Both the position numbers and the translations under genes were made by a program. DNA of 64,000 bases from a virus. Position 1 is the first letter of the stretch. Each line of letters starts with the position of its first letter. The notes beneath the pieces were generated by a model, which ran no database searches, was not told the origin of the DNA, and worked only from the letters and a program-made list of their open reading frames with translations. Positions 17,468 to 27,568 of the stretch are shown here, piece by piece. The stretch lies in the IMG/VR virus record IMGVR_UViG_3300023296_001253. One strand, given 5' to 3'.

Positions 17468-17496
17468 ATTATAACAAGCTATTTTGATAATGTCAA
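17468..17496 (-). promoter_or_regulatory. consensus sigma70 promoter oriented antisense to the holin-like gene
   Basis: TTGACA-17-TATAAT. Confidence 0.7.
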
Positions 17497-17719
17497 CAAC
17501 TATTTTGATAGAAAGTATAAATAATAGTGTTAATACAATTTGATGAAAAACAACTTAGAAAAGCAACATTATGTTTTATTGATTTGTATAATGAAAAACC
17601 AATTAATTTTATTAAAGCATTAAAAATTGGTAAGTTAATGAAACTTAGGGGAGAATCTCCACTTTATCTATATGATGATATAAGTCGTACAATTATAGTA
17701 GATTCAATGGAGTGATTAA

Positions 17720-18235
17720 ATGTTTACAGCAATAACAACCATCTTAGGGGCTATGTCAACTATATTGCCAGCCATACTAAGATTTTTTGAATTAAAGCAG
17801 GAATATGCTCACAAAGAAAAAATGTTTGAACTTCAAATGGAAGCAGTCTCTAGAGGACTTGAGTTCCAGATGGATATTGAAGATATTAAGGCTGATGTTA
17901 ATGAGGGAGAATCTCTTCGCGCTCATGATATTGCTCTTGATGGTGGCCAGTTTTTTAACACACTACGAGCTTCTGTTCGTCCAGTAATAACATATATAAT
18001 GTTTTTACTTTTTGTAGTAGTTAAATTTTCAGCTGCATATGTAATGATACAAGCAGGATCAGATATTCCAACTATGCTTTTAGCAGTATGGGATTCAGAA
18101 ACAATGGCTATTTTTGGGTCAATTATTGGTTTTTGGTTCGGATCTAGAGCTATAGAAAAGTGGATGAGATACCAAGACAATGGTGGTCGATTTGTTAAAA
18201 GATCAAGATATGCTAAAGGAGATGATAAAAAATAA
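17720..18235 (+). CDS. second 3TM holin-like protein
   Basis: RASVRPVITY...IIGFWFGSRA.EK; upstream of the endolysin. Confidence 0.6.
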   Translation: MFTAITTILGAMSTILPAILRFFELKQEYAHKEKMFELQMEAVSRGLEFQMDIEDIKADVNEGESLRAHDIALDGGQFFNTLRASVRPVITYIMFLLFVVVKFSAAYVMIQAGSDIPTMLLAVWDSETMAIFGSIIGFWFGSRAIEKWMRYQDNGGRFVKRSRYAKGDDKK

Positions 18236-18501
18236 TGTTTAAAAATATAAAACATAGCGATATAATAATCAAAGTGCTTGAAGAAGCTAAAAAATATGAC
18301 GAAAGCCATGGAAGCCCTCATGATCGAGGAAGAGCTGATGCTTATTATGGCCGTCGTCATAAGCCACATAAGATTATACATACTTCAGGACAACCAAGTA
18401 AAACAGTCCACAAATCAGATTTAAAAGATCATGAAGTTAAAGCATATTCAGCTGGATATCAAAGCGCTATTGATGATGACGATTTTAAAGATTGGAACTA
18501 A
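18235..18501 (+). CDS. hypothetical protein (possible internal head protein)
   Basis: HGSP.DRG.ADAYYGR...AY.AGY. Confidence 0.55.
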   Translation: MFKNIKHSDIIIKVLEEAKKYDESHGSPHDRGRADAYYGRRHKPHKIIHTSGQPSKTVHKSDLKDHEVKAYSAGYQSAIDDDDFKDWN

Positions 18502-18507
18502 AATTTT

Positions 18508-19221
18508 ATGAAAAAGATAGATCACAGATACCAGCAACTTTTAAAATCTCTTAATTTTTATAATGGCCCAGCTGATGGAATATTAGGACCTAATACTAAA
18601 AATGGAGTTATTTTATTTCAAAGAACTAATGGATTAGTCGCTGATGGAATTGTTGGGCAAAAAACTATAGCTGAATTTGAAAATCAACTTGCTTCAATTT
18701 CAGACAGACAAAACGATGATGATGCAATTTATGCTGGCGTTAAGCCTTATTCAGTATGGCCTAGAGAAGGTACAAACTCTTTAACTAGGTTTTATGGCAA
18801 TCCTGGCGAAAATCAAACTAGAATTCAACTTCCTTATACAATGGTCTTAGCTTGGGATACAAGTAAAAAAGTAAATTCTATTGTATGTAATGTAAAAGTA
18901 GCTGAATCATTACAAAAAGTGTTGACACGTGTTTCTAATGAGTATACTATAGAAGAAATTAATCGCCATGGATTTAATTTATATGGTGGTTGTTTGAATG
19001 TCAGAAAAATTCGCGGAGGAAACCGATGGTCTACACATGCTTGGGGTATTGCTATAGATTTTGATCCAGCAAGAAACGGATTAAGAACACCATGGAATAA
19101 AGCATATCTTGGGCGGCCAGAATGTCAGAAATTCGTTCAGGCTTTTAAAGATGAAGGTTGGTATTCTTTAGGACTAGAGAAGAATTATGATGCAATGCAT
19201 TTTCAGGCAGCCCATCGTTAA
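18508..19221 (+). CDS. endolysin: peptidoglycan-binding domain plus M15 peptidase
   Basis: DGILGPNT...FQ...GLVADGIVG..T; STHAWGIAID...D.MHFQ. Confidence 0.9.
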   Translation: MKKIDHRYQQLLKSLNFYNGPADGILGPNTKNGVILFQRTNGLVADGIVGQKTIAEFENQLASISDRQNDDDAIYAGVKPYSVWPREGTNSLTRFYGNPGENQTRIQLPYTMVLAWDTSKKVNSIVCNVKVAESLQKVLTRVSNEYTIEEINRHGFNLYGGCLNVRKIRGGNRWSTHAWGIAIDFDPARNGLRTPWNKAYLGRPECQKFVQAFKDEGWYSLGLEKNYDAMHFQAAHR

Positions 19222-20136
19222 AATCAAATATTAAAGAATGATTTATTATGAAGTTATACATACACCTGATTATAACAGGAGTGTCAGCAGTGCATGACTT
19301 ATCCCAAAAGAACACTAGAAGTTTTGTTATAAAAAATACAACTATTCCAATTAATAATGTTTTGGTTTCCATCAAATGGATATTAAAAGATAAATTATTA
19401 GAGGGCTCTACTATTGAACATAGCTAAAAGAGATATTGATTATTTAATTAAATGGATTCAAGAACCTAACATTGGAGAATCTGAATTTAATGATTTGTGT
19501 GTTAAAAGAAAAATCAAAAGAATTGTTGAAGAATTATTAAAATGAAAAATGTGATGTATCATAGTATATTTGGGACAAGATATAATAAAAATTGGGCTAA
19601 TATTCATATAAAAGAAGAGTGCATATATCAGGCCGATAAAAAAATAAACGGTTATTTCTTTTTAAGAAATGATATTGGTTTAGAAAATATTAAAGTGTCA
19701 TTAATTAGAACAGTTGTAAATAGTCTTAGATGAATAAAACAAAAGAAAAATTAATAGATATGAGCGAATGGCATGCTCATAATGATGTAGAAGAAATTCG
19801 AAATTCTATAGCTAAAGAAGCATATGAATATATAGCATCTTTAGAATCTAAAATAGAAGATTTGAAAAAAACTTCGTTTGTAATTGAGAAGAAAAATCCT
19901 AAATGCAAATGTACTTCTTGTAAATGTCAAGATGAAAAATAAATATAATAATCCAAATTGTAAATTTTGTTCGCGTGGTGATTATAACGACTGGTCAGTT
20001 CGATGTTCATATTATGAAGATAATAAAATTGATAGATATGATCAATATCCTGAAATTAATTACTCTCCATGCGAAATGAGATATGAAGAAAAATATAAAA
20101 ACAAAACAATATGGGAAAAAATAAAAATGTGGTTTA

Positions 20137-20418
20137 ATGCCAAAAGCTCATAGAAATACAGATTTAAGAGCATGTTCGGCTACTACGAGTGTAGTTGGCC
20201 AATCAACTGTAAAAGTGAATAGTCTTTTATGGGCTGTTAAAGATGATCCAAACAGCCATGGCGCTGGTAATTTAATTAATACAGGAACAACCGTTCGAAT
20301 AGAAGGAAAACTGGTGATTGTTCATTCACCTGATCCAGCTACTGGTGATCTTGCTGGTCATCTTCCTTCATCTACCAAAACTGCTCAGGGCAGTCCAAAT
20401 GTTTATGCTTATGGATAA
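20137..20418 (+). CDS. PAAR-like spike-tip protein (gp5.4-like)
   Basis: MP.AHR..D.R.C.A.T...GQSTV.VN...D..SHG...GS.NV. Confidence 0.75.
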   Translation: MPKAHRNTDLRACSATTSVVGQSTVKVNSLLWAVKDDPNSHGAGNLINTGTTVRIEGKLVIVHSPDPATGDLAGHLPSSTKTAQGSPNVYAYG

Positions 20419-20435
20419 GAAAGTGAATTTATATA

Positions 20436-21551
20436 ATGGCAAGAAAAAAAGCAACAGCAACAAGATCTCAACAATCAATACTTGATAAGCAGCATCTTGG
20501 AGCAGAACCAATTTATAGTATTGGTCATGTTCTTACTAGAACTCAAATAATGAGAGCATATAATTGGTATAATTATATGTGCACCAGAGAGAATGGATAC
20601 AAATATCTATTAGAATATTTTAAAAATAATGATAAGAAGAAATATAATCTTATCAAAAAAACCCCAGAAAAAAACTTTCCACAGACTGTATATTGGATAG
20701 CACGAATCAAGAATCTTGGTTATGTTTTGCCACTACAAACAAATACTTTTTTTATCAAGTCTTTAGATGATGCTATTAATAAAATTGATAGTGAAGATGC
20801 TATGAATAAGCCAACAAAAAAAGTTGATAATGTTATTTCAATTCAAGATAGAATAAAAGAAAAAAGAAGCGAAGTTGTAGGACAGCTAGAAGAAGTTTTA
20901 GATGAGCATGATTCTGAATTTTCGTTATATAATCATTTTTTAGCAAATGATATAGCAAAAATATATTGCCCATATATAGTTGATTATTATAAGCCGGTTC
21001 TTCAAGAATTGAATGATGTGCTAGGTAAAAAAGATAAGCAACTCAATGAAGCATATCGAATTTATACAGTTAAGCAAGTTAAAACTTTAAGAGATATAGT
21101 ATCAGGATTTATTTCTGATTCCGAAAGATATAGTCAAAATAAAAAGACTGTGAATAAAAGAAAAGCTAAGACGAGTGTTTCGCTTGACAAAAAAGTAAAA
21201 AGCTTTAATTTCAAAAAAGAAGATTCAGATCTTAAAATTGTATCAATTGATCCAACTATGATAATTGGTGCAAAAGAGATATGGTTTTATAACTCAAAAT
21301 ATTCAGCAGTTACTGTTATGAGATCAGAATCTATTAATGGATTTGATATTAAAGGAACATCAATTTTAAATATTGATGAATCTAAATCAGAAGTTAAAAA
21401 GGTAGGAAATAAAGCTAAGAAAATAGTTCAAGAAATTCTTAATGCTAATAAAGCATCTATGAAAAAAGTTTTAAAGAGTGTTAATACGAAATCTAATGTG
21501 CCAAGTCAAAGAACTACAAAAGACATGGTGATACTGAAGGTTATTAAATAA
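20436..21551 (+). CDS. conserved hypothetical protein of large T4-like phages
   Basis: AYNWYNY, SIQDRIKE, SIDP..IIGA..IW.YN.K, IKGTSI. Confidence 0.65.
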   Translation: MARKKATATRSQQSILDKQHLGAEPIYSIGHVLTRTQIMRAYNWYNYMCTRENGYKYLLEYFKNNDKKKYNLIKKTPEKNFPQTVYWIARIKNLGYVLPLQTNTFFIKSLDDAINKIDSEDAMNKPTKKVDNVISIQDRIKEKRSEVVGQLEEVLDEHDSEFSLYNHFLANDIAKIYCPYIVDYYKPVLQELNDVLGKKDKQLNEAYRIYTVKQVKTLRDIVSGFISDSERYSQNKKTVNKRKAKTSVSLDKKVKSFNFKKEDSDLKIVSIDPTMIIGAKEIWFYNSKYSAVTVMRSESINGFDIKGTSILNIDESKSEVKKVGNKAKKIVQEILNANKASMKKVLKSVNTKSNVPSQRTTKDMVILKVIK

Positions 21552-21721
21552 TGAAATTGAATAAATTAATAATTCCTATTTTAATGATTGTATTTGGGAT
21601 TGCTGGAAATATTATTTTTAGAGAAGCTCATTCTTATGAAATTATTTTGAAAATAGCGGAAACTTCAAATTTGTTTAAAGAATAAATAACAATTCAGTTT
21701 TAATTTTATAAGGAAATTGTT

Positions 21722-22363
21722 ATGTCTGATAAATTTAGTTGGGGTTCGCATATTCCTATAAACAAATCAATATTAAAAACTTTTAATATAACAGGCGTGT
21801 TAGAGCTCGGAAGTGGGTTTCATAGCACGCCTTTATTTTTTAATAGTTGTGATTATGCTATATCTGTCGAGCAGGATAAAGCATGGATTAAAAAGCTCAA
21901 AGAAGAGTCTCAGATTGTTGAAGATGGCAATCATTGTATGATATACCAAGATGTCGAACCTTGCACTCGAGCGACCCGCAGAAAAGATATAAGCAAAGAT
22001 ATATTAGATGCAGCCAGTGATTTTTTCATAGAAGTTTCTGCTGATGACAAATTGAATTTTCTTTTTGTCGATTGTTATTCTGGGTTTAGATTAGAAGCAT
22101 TAGATTCAATACATCATAAATTTGATTGTATCGTGTTTCATGATGTTCAGCCAAGAGGCATGATAAATCATTCATATGAGCATTTTATTCCAAACAAAGA
22201 TTTTGTTTTATTAAAAGATACTACTTTTGTTTGTCATTCTGGAATACTAATTAAAAAAGAATTATTTGATGAAAAATTTGAAGAACTAAAAGACACTTTT
22301 GAAAAAGAAGTGCTTGAGTATGCTGGTAATGAAAGATTTAAGCCAACATTAGAAAAATGGTAA
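21722..22363 (+). CDS. SAM methyltransferase-like protein
   Basis: VLELGSG.HST, SVEQD..W, LFVD, IVFHD. Confidence 0.65.
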   Translation: MSDKFSWGSHIPINKSILKTFNITGVLELGSGFHSTPLFFNSCDYAISVEQDKAWIKKLKEESQIVEDGNHCMIYQDVEPCTRATRRKDISKDILDAASDFFIEVSADDKLNFLFVDCYSGFRLEALDSIHHKFDCIVFHDVQPRGMINHSYEHFIPNKDFVLLKDTTFVCHSGILIKKELFDEKFEELKDTFEKEVLEYAGNERFKPTLEKW

Positions 22364-23007
22364 TATGTAAATCTCATAAGTTTATTTTTTTAAGACTTCC
22401 AAAGAATGCTTCTACTAGTTTGGCTACTTGGTTTGTAAAAAACTGCTGTACTGCTGAAGATTCTTTTACGCAAATTAATGATTCTGGAATAAAGAATACA
22501 AACATAAATTCTAATGTTATTAAAAAATATTCTAAACATTATCATTTTATTCATATGACTCTTCAAGAATTATTAGATGAAAAACTGATAACGCAAGAAG
22601 AAGCATTTAGTTTTCATATTATAAGTGTTTTTAGGAATCCATATCATCGTCAATTGAGTCTTTTCTTTTTTTTAAATGGAGATAAAAATCCAGATAGATT
22701 TAGAATGATGTTTAAAAATGGTTGTCATGAAACAGATCCTTCAAATAAAATAACACAATCAGATTATTTAAAAATAAATGGTATAATGCATACAAATTGT
22801 GATATTTGGAAGTATGATAATATAGATTTACATCTACAAGAATTTATAAATAATTATAAAATAGATGAAAGATTTAAGTTAGAAACATATAAATCTAATA
22901 AAAGACCAAATGATATCAAAGAACTAGAGAATTTATATTACGATGATGCAACAAGAGAAGCCGTGTATCGGTACTATAGAGAAGATTTCGAATTACTCGG
23001 ACTCTAA
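22357..23007 (+). CDS. sulfotransferase family 2 protein
   Basis: FIFLRLPKNASTS (5'-PSB), VFRNPY.R.LS (3'-PB), YYREDFELLG. Confidence 0.8.
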   Translation: MVICKSHKFIFLRLPKNASTSLATWFVKNCCTAEDSFTQINDSGIKNTNINSNVIKKYSKHYHFIHMTLQELLDEKLITQEEAFSFHIISVFRNPYHRQLSLFFFLNGDKNPDRFRMMFKNGCHETDPSNKITQSDYLKINGIMHTNCDIWKYDNIDLHLQEFINNYKIDERFKLETYKSNKRPNDIKELENLYYDDATREAVYRYYREDFELLGL

Positions 23008-23713
23008 ATCATATATCGATAGAGCACTTATTATACGCAGAGATCAAGTAAAATTATCTCGAGATTATGCTCAAGATTGTGCTGAGTCATGTGAAAAACA
23101 TGGCTTAAAATATGAGTTTATACAAGCAATAGAATTCATGGAAAGAGATGCAGCTTTTGCTGCTGTTGGCGTTAAAGCCAAACATAAATATAATAACACT
23201 ATTGGTAATATATGTTGCCACGCTTCTCATGTTAAATGTTGGAAACGCATTATAGAACTTGGTAAACCCTGTATAATTCTAGAGCATGATGCTTTAATTG
23301 TTGGTGATGTTCAACATATAGAAACACCAGATATGGCTGTTGTTACTTTTGGACATCGTGTTATAGCTAAAGATAGCTATTCTCCACCAAACAAACCAAC
23401 TGAATTAATTGAAATTAAAAAAGCTGTAGGAGTTCACGCATGTGGATTGACTCCAACTACAGCAACTTGGTTATATGAAAATGCAAGAGATGTTGGAATA
23501 GATGTGGGGGTTGATAGATGGCTAATGATGCAAAGATCAAGTGGATTGCCATTATATGTGTGTGAACCACCACAAGCCGTTTGTTGGGCCAGAGTATCAA
23601 CTTCTAATTTTAAAGAAACAGATAAAAATAAAGATTGTGAAAGAAAAGGATCGACCGTAAATAATTATAAAGAAGCATTAACTGAAGGTTGGCACAAAGG
23701 ATTAAAGAAATGA
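22943..23713 (+). CDS. glycosyltransferase family 25-like
   Basis: C.ASHVKCWKRI...IILEHDA. Confidence 0.75.
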   Translation: MMQQEKPCIGTIEKISNYSDSKSYIDRALIIRRDQVKLSRDYAQDCAESCEKHGLKYEFIQAIEFMERDAAFAAVGVKAKHKYNNTIGNICCHASHVKCWKRIIELGKPCIILEHDALIVGDVQHIETPDMAVVTFGHRVIAKDSYSPPNKPTELIEIKKAVGVHACGLTPTTATWLYENARDVGIDVGVDRWLMMQRSSGLPLYVCEPPQAVCWARVSTSNFKETDKNKDCERKGSTVNNYKEALTEGWHKGLKK

Positions 23714-24381
23714 AAGGAGCTGTTTTTGGAATTCAAAGAGCTGGAACTAATTTTACAGAAACTTTATTAAAAGAGCATTTTAAAGTTAGTGTTGCTAACA
23801 AAGATAAAAATTATATTTGGAAACATTCACACAATTTTGATTTAAGTAAATTTGATAGTGACAATTTTAATATTTACATTGTTAAATATCCGTATAGTTG
23901 GATAGAATCTATTAGAAGAAAATCAGTCGATATAATAAAAAGACATCCAGAAATAAAAACTGATAATAATACTAAAACTGATTTTAAAGGGATTGATCTT
24001 TATAAATTAGCAAAATTATATAATGATCATACTTTGTGGTGGCACAAAGAAGAAGTTAAAAAAGCAGCTAAATATATCTATGTACATTATGAAAAGCTAA
24101 TACACAGTGATGATGATATAAAGCATTTTCTCAATGTTTTCCAGTCCACTTATAGCATAAATCCACCACACGACATTAGTGTTATAAAACATCTACAAAA
24201 AGTATCACAATCTGATAAGTGGACAGAAGAAACCAGAGATATGTATCTTAATAAAAAATTATTAACTCTTGAGTGGAAACACATTGAAGAAATTAATGAA
24301 GCTTTTAGTGATGATTTATTTCAAGTAACTGGATATAAAAGAATAACTTCAGAAGTTGAACTAAAAGAAAACCATAAATAG
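23698..24381 (+). CDS. sulfotransferase-like P-loop protein
   Basis: GIQRAGTNF, WKH, KYPYSWIES, HYEKL. Confidence 0.65.
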   Translation, partial: RIKEMKGAVFGIQRAGTNFTETLLKEHFKVSVANKDKNYIWKHSHNFDLSKFDSDNFNIYIVKYPYSWIESIRRKSVDIIKRHPEIKTDNNTKTDFKGIDLYKLAKLYNDHTLWWHKEEVKKAAKYIYVHYEKLIHSDDDIKHFLNVFQSTYSINPPHDISVIKHLQKVSQSDKWTEETRDMYLNKKLLTLEWKHIEEINEAFSDDLFQVTGYKRITSEVELKENHK

Positions 24382-24399
24382 AAATAAAGGATAATAAAT

Positions 24400-24693
24400 A
24401 TGGATAATTTTAAAGAATTTAATGATGAACATAAAAACATTAAAGAAATGTTTGATGTAGATACACTTAGAAATTTAGAAAAAATGCCTCATGATGAAGC
24501 AAAATCTACTGCTCATGGCTGGGTTGACAACATGAAAAAGACAAAGCCTCATGTTAAAGCTAGACTCAAGAGAGACATAGATAGTTCTCCTCATTCTGGA
24601 GAAGTTTCTCGTATTATGTGGCAAACGTATTTATCTGGAACTGGCCATGGTGTTATGGGATCTGCTTGGAAAAAGCAAATGAAAGATGTTTAA
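24400..24693 (+). CDS. candidate internal head protein
   Basis: MDNFKEF...IKE N-terminus; CATAAATA late-type site upstream. Confidence 0.5.
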   Translation: MDNFKEFNDEHKNIKEMFDVDTLRNLEKMPHDEAKSTAHGWVDNMKKTKPHVKARLKRDIDSSPHSGEVSRIMWQTYLSGTGHGVMGSAWKKQMKDV

Positions 24694-25412
24694 TGTTAGA
24701 AGAAGCTAAAAAGAAAAAGCTTAGCAAGCAACAGCAGTTAAAGCTTTTCTGGAAGAACTATCCAGTTGTTATAAATCCTGATATAACAGCACCGCCGACT
24801 GGTGTTAGAAAAACCACGCCAGATTGGAGTGGTTCTCCATCGTTTCCACAATATACTTCAGAATCATTAAGCACAAAAATCATATCTAAAAATAGGCATG
24901 ATTCTGTTATTAAATCTATTAATGAATCTGTAGAACTAGTTCAATTTGATCAGCTCACTGAAGAATTAAAAGAATATTTTAAAGATCATGTGTTTAAGAT
25001 TATTCATGAAAAAAAGGAAAAGCATTTTTCTGTATCTTCTAATTTAGATATGAAACAAAAACAAGCAGCTTATAATTTAATTGCTCTTTCTGCTATGTCT
25101 TCTTTAATAGCCTCTCGTGTTTTGCTTGATAAAGCTTTCTTTAAAAGAAACCAATCTTTAAATACTAGATTTGCTGATGCTCTTCAAAGAGCTGTAAATG
25201 TTGCTGCTTCTGATCCAGGAATTATTCAAAAAATAAGACAGAATTCACGCAATATGAATTTAATTACTATGGAAGAAGTTCAAATAATAGATTCTTTTAA
25301 AAATCCAAATTTTGATTCAAAAAATACAGGAATACCACTTAAAATTATTAAAGAAACTTTTGATCGTGGAGTTGCTGCTTATAAAGCAGGTGTTAGACCA
25401 ACTAAAATATAA
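24693..25412 (+). CDS. hypothetical virion-associated protein
   Basis: likely start MLEEAKK; ends GIPL...FDRGVAAYKAG.RP. Confidence 0.5.
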   Translation: MLEEAKKKKLSKQQQLKLFWKNYPVVINPDITAPPTGVRKTTPDWSGSPSFPQYTSESLSTKIISKNRHDSVIKSINESVELVQFDQLTEELKEYFKDHVFKIIHEKKEKHFSVSSNLDMKQKQAAYNLIALSAMSSLIASRVLLDKAFFKRNQSLNTRFADALQRAVNVAASDPGIIQKIRQNSRNMNLITMEEVQIIDSFKNPNFDSKNTGIPLKIIKETFDRGVAAYKAGVRPTKI

Positions 25413-25561
25413 TGAAAACATTTAAAGAGTTTTGTGAAGAGCATGGAGCTGGCTTTGAAGGTACTCCAAAGTTGACTAAAAAGTATAAAAAAGATACTCC
25501 TGGAGAAAATAATATTAAAAATAATAAACGACAATCAAGGATAAACAAATGGAAGAATTAA
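25412..25561 (+). CDS. 49-aa candidate internal head protein MKTFKEFCEEHGAGFEGT...YKKDTPG
   Basis: manual translation; N-terminus resembles the T4 capsid-targeting sequence. Confidence 0.55.
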   Translation: MKTFKEFCEEHGAGFEGTPKLTKKYKKDTPGENNIKNNKRQSRINKWKN

Positions 25562-25989
25562 TTACACAAATGAAAAGAGTCTTAGCAGACACTTTTGTTA
25601 TGTATATGAAAGCTCACTCATATCATTGGAATGTTGAAGGTCATCAGTTTACAGAATTTCATGCTTTTTTTGGATCTTTATACATTGAATTGCATGCAGC
25701 AATAGATCCAATTGCAGAAAATATACGAACACTTGACTCATATGCTCCAGCAAGTCTTTCAAGAATAACTGAACTGTCTACAATTTCAGATGAAAATACT
25801 ATTCCAAGTTGTGAAATGATGCCTATTCATTTGTTAGCTGCTAACAAACAAGTTATTGATTGTATTATGCAAGCAAGAAAGTTTGCAGAAACAGAGCAAG
25901 AAATTGCTATTATATCTTTTTTAGAAACAAGATTAGAATCTCATCAAAAGCATGGCTGGATGTTAAAAGCAATTTCAAAAAAGATGTAA
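25549..25989 (+). CDS. dps: Dps ferritin-like DNA-protection protein
   Basis: HSYHWNVEG.QF..FH.FF...Y...D..AE.IR.L...HQKHGWML. Confidence 0.92.
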   Translation: MEELITQMKRVLADTFVMYMKAHSYHWNVEGHQFTEFHAFFGSLYIELHAAIDPIAENIRTLDSYAPASLSRITELSTISDENTIPSCEMMPIHLLAANKQVIDCIMQARKFAETEQEIAIISFLETRLESHQKHGWMLKAISKKM

Positions 25990-26120
25990 AATGACAAAAT
26001 CCAAGAATATAAAACAGATAAATAAACAAAAGGATTTGATTCATAAATCTATTGATTTAAAAGGTGAATCACAATATGTGTCTCATATGACACTAAAAAA
26101 AGAAAACAAGGAGAATTAAA

Positions 26121-26789
26121 ATGCCAACATGGGGCAAAACCGATAATACTGCTAACTCAGTACTCTGGGCGCCACAGCAGTTAAAGAAAGAAGCAAATAC
26201 TTCAACTAGAGATGAATTGTATGGCAATACTACAGCCGATTCATTTATTACTGGCCAGACTCATGGTCAATATGGAGTTAGTGATGCTGAAGCAAATGCA
26301 GCTAGAGCTGGTAATGGAACTAAAGCAGCTCATGCTGGTTGGGTGTTAAGAACAGAAGGATCTGGAAATAGAGCTGGAAGAGTTCATAATGAAGTTCTTG
26401 TTGCTTTAAGTTCTATGACTGGTGATGGAACTGACGATGCAGCGTTTCCAGATATTGCTATTATTATATCTTCACAGCCTGTTGCTGCAACAGGAAATTC
26501 ATCAGCTAGTGATACAGAAACATTCGCAGTAGTAGCGACCACATCACCTGTTGGTGGATCTATTACATATGAATGGCAGTATAATGCTGATGTAGCAAAC
26601 TCCGCTGCCTGGGCCGCCGCAACTGGTGAAGATGGTATTTCAGATCCAGCAACAGCTACTCTTTCTGTTAATACAGCCGCTGTTAACTCTTCTGTTATTC
26701 CAACTAGTTCAGGATTTAGAGTTGTACTTCAAGCGACTGGAACTGCAAACGTTACTTCTTCTGAAGCAATCTTAACTATTACAACATAA
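26121..26789 (+). CDS. virion structural protein with a C-terminal Ig-like domain
   Basis: HAGWV..T.G.G.RAGRV..EVLVA; ITYEWQ Ig-like strand. Confidence 0.65.
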   Translation: MPTWGKTDNTANSVLWAPQQLKKEANTSTRDELYGNTTADSFITGQTHGQYGVSDAEANAARAGNGTKAAHAGWVLRTEGSGNRAGRVHNEVLVALSSMTGDGTDDAAFPDIAIIISSQPVAATGNSSASDTETFAVVATTSPVGGSITYEWQYNADVANSAAWAAATGEDGISDPATATLSVNTAAVNSSVIPTSSGFRVVLQATGTANVTSSEAILTITT

Positions 26790-26808
26790 TTGACAGGAGC
26801 AATAAACT

Positions 26809-27165
26809 ATGGCAACGACTAAAAAAATAACAGAACTTGACGCTCTAACAGTAATAGCTAATACTGATCTTCTTTATGTTGTAGATGATCCATCAGGAAC
26901 ACCTCTTTCTAAAAAAATAACAGTAGAAAGTATAATGACTTCAAATGTTACAGCTAATTTGAATTTAAATGGATCTATGAATATGAATGATTATGTTATT
27001 GCGAATGTTGTAGCATCATCTCATACAGGAACACCAGCTTCAAATACCGATGTTCCTACTGGATTTGAAGTAGCAATTGGAGCAATGTGGTCAGATGGAA
27101 CTAACTTATATGTGGTTACAGCTAATAATGAAGTAAAGAAAGCAACTCTTTCTTCGATTACATAA
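26809..27165 (+). CDS. virion appendage/fibre-associated protein
   Basis: KKITEL...DLLYVVD...KKIT N-terminus; WSDGTNLYV. Confidence 0.5.
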   Translation: MATTKKITELDALTVIANTDLLYVVDDPSGTPLSKKITVESIMTSNVTANLNLNGSMNMNDYVIANVVASSHTGTPASNTDVPTGFEVAIGAMWSDGTNLYVVTANNEVKKATLSSIT

Positions 27166-27169
27166 TAGA

Positions 27170-27568
27170 ATGAATGATAATGAACGAATTGATGAATCTA
27201 CATTCTTGCTGTTTGCAGCTAAGTGCTATAGCAATCCTCAATGTTATGACACTTTAGAATTCTATGAAGATTTAAAACGCTTTCGTTATATTAAGCGTTT
27301 GCTCAATAAATATGAGTCCACTGGTGAATTGAGGGAGAGGTTAATATTAAACCATATAATCTCCCTCAATAATGTTTTTGGCGCAAAAAATACTGCTAGA
27401 ATGCTGTTTTTTAGATTAGAAGGTTATGAGCAGTTTTTTGCGCCATTTTTGATAATGTTAGGATCCCTTCCAACATTAGTTGAAGGCATTGGTCATGATA
27501 ATAGAACAGTTTATTGTGACGAAATACTCATGGATAAAATCATAATAGATAAGTTGAGAAAAATATAA
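27170..27568 (+). CDS. conserved T4-like hypothetical protein
   Basis: F.LFAAK.Y.NPQC....EF.EDLKRF.YIKRL...LILNHII.L.NVFG. Confidence 0.7.
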   Translation: MNDNERIDESTFLLFAAKCYSNPQCYDTLEFYEDLKRFRYIKRLLNKYESTGELRERLILNHIISLNNVFGAKNTARMLFFRLEGYEQFFAPFLIMLGSLPTLVEGIGHDNRTVYCDEILMDKIIIDKLRKI

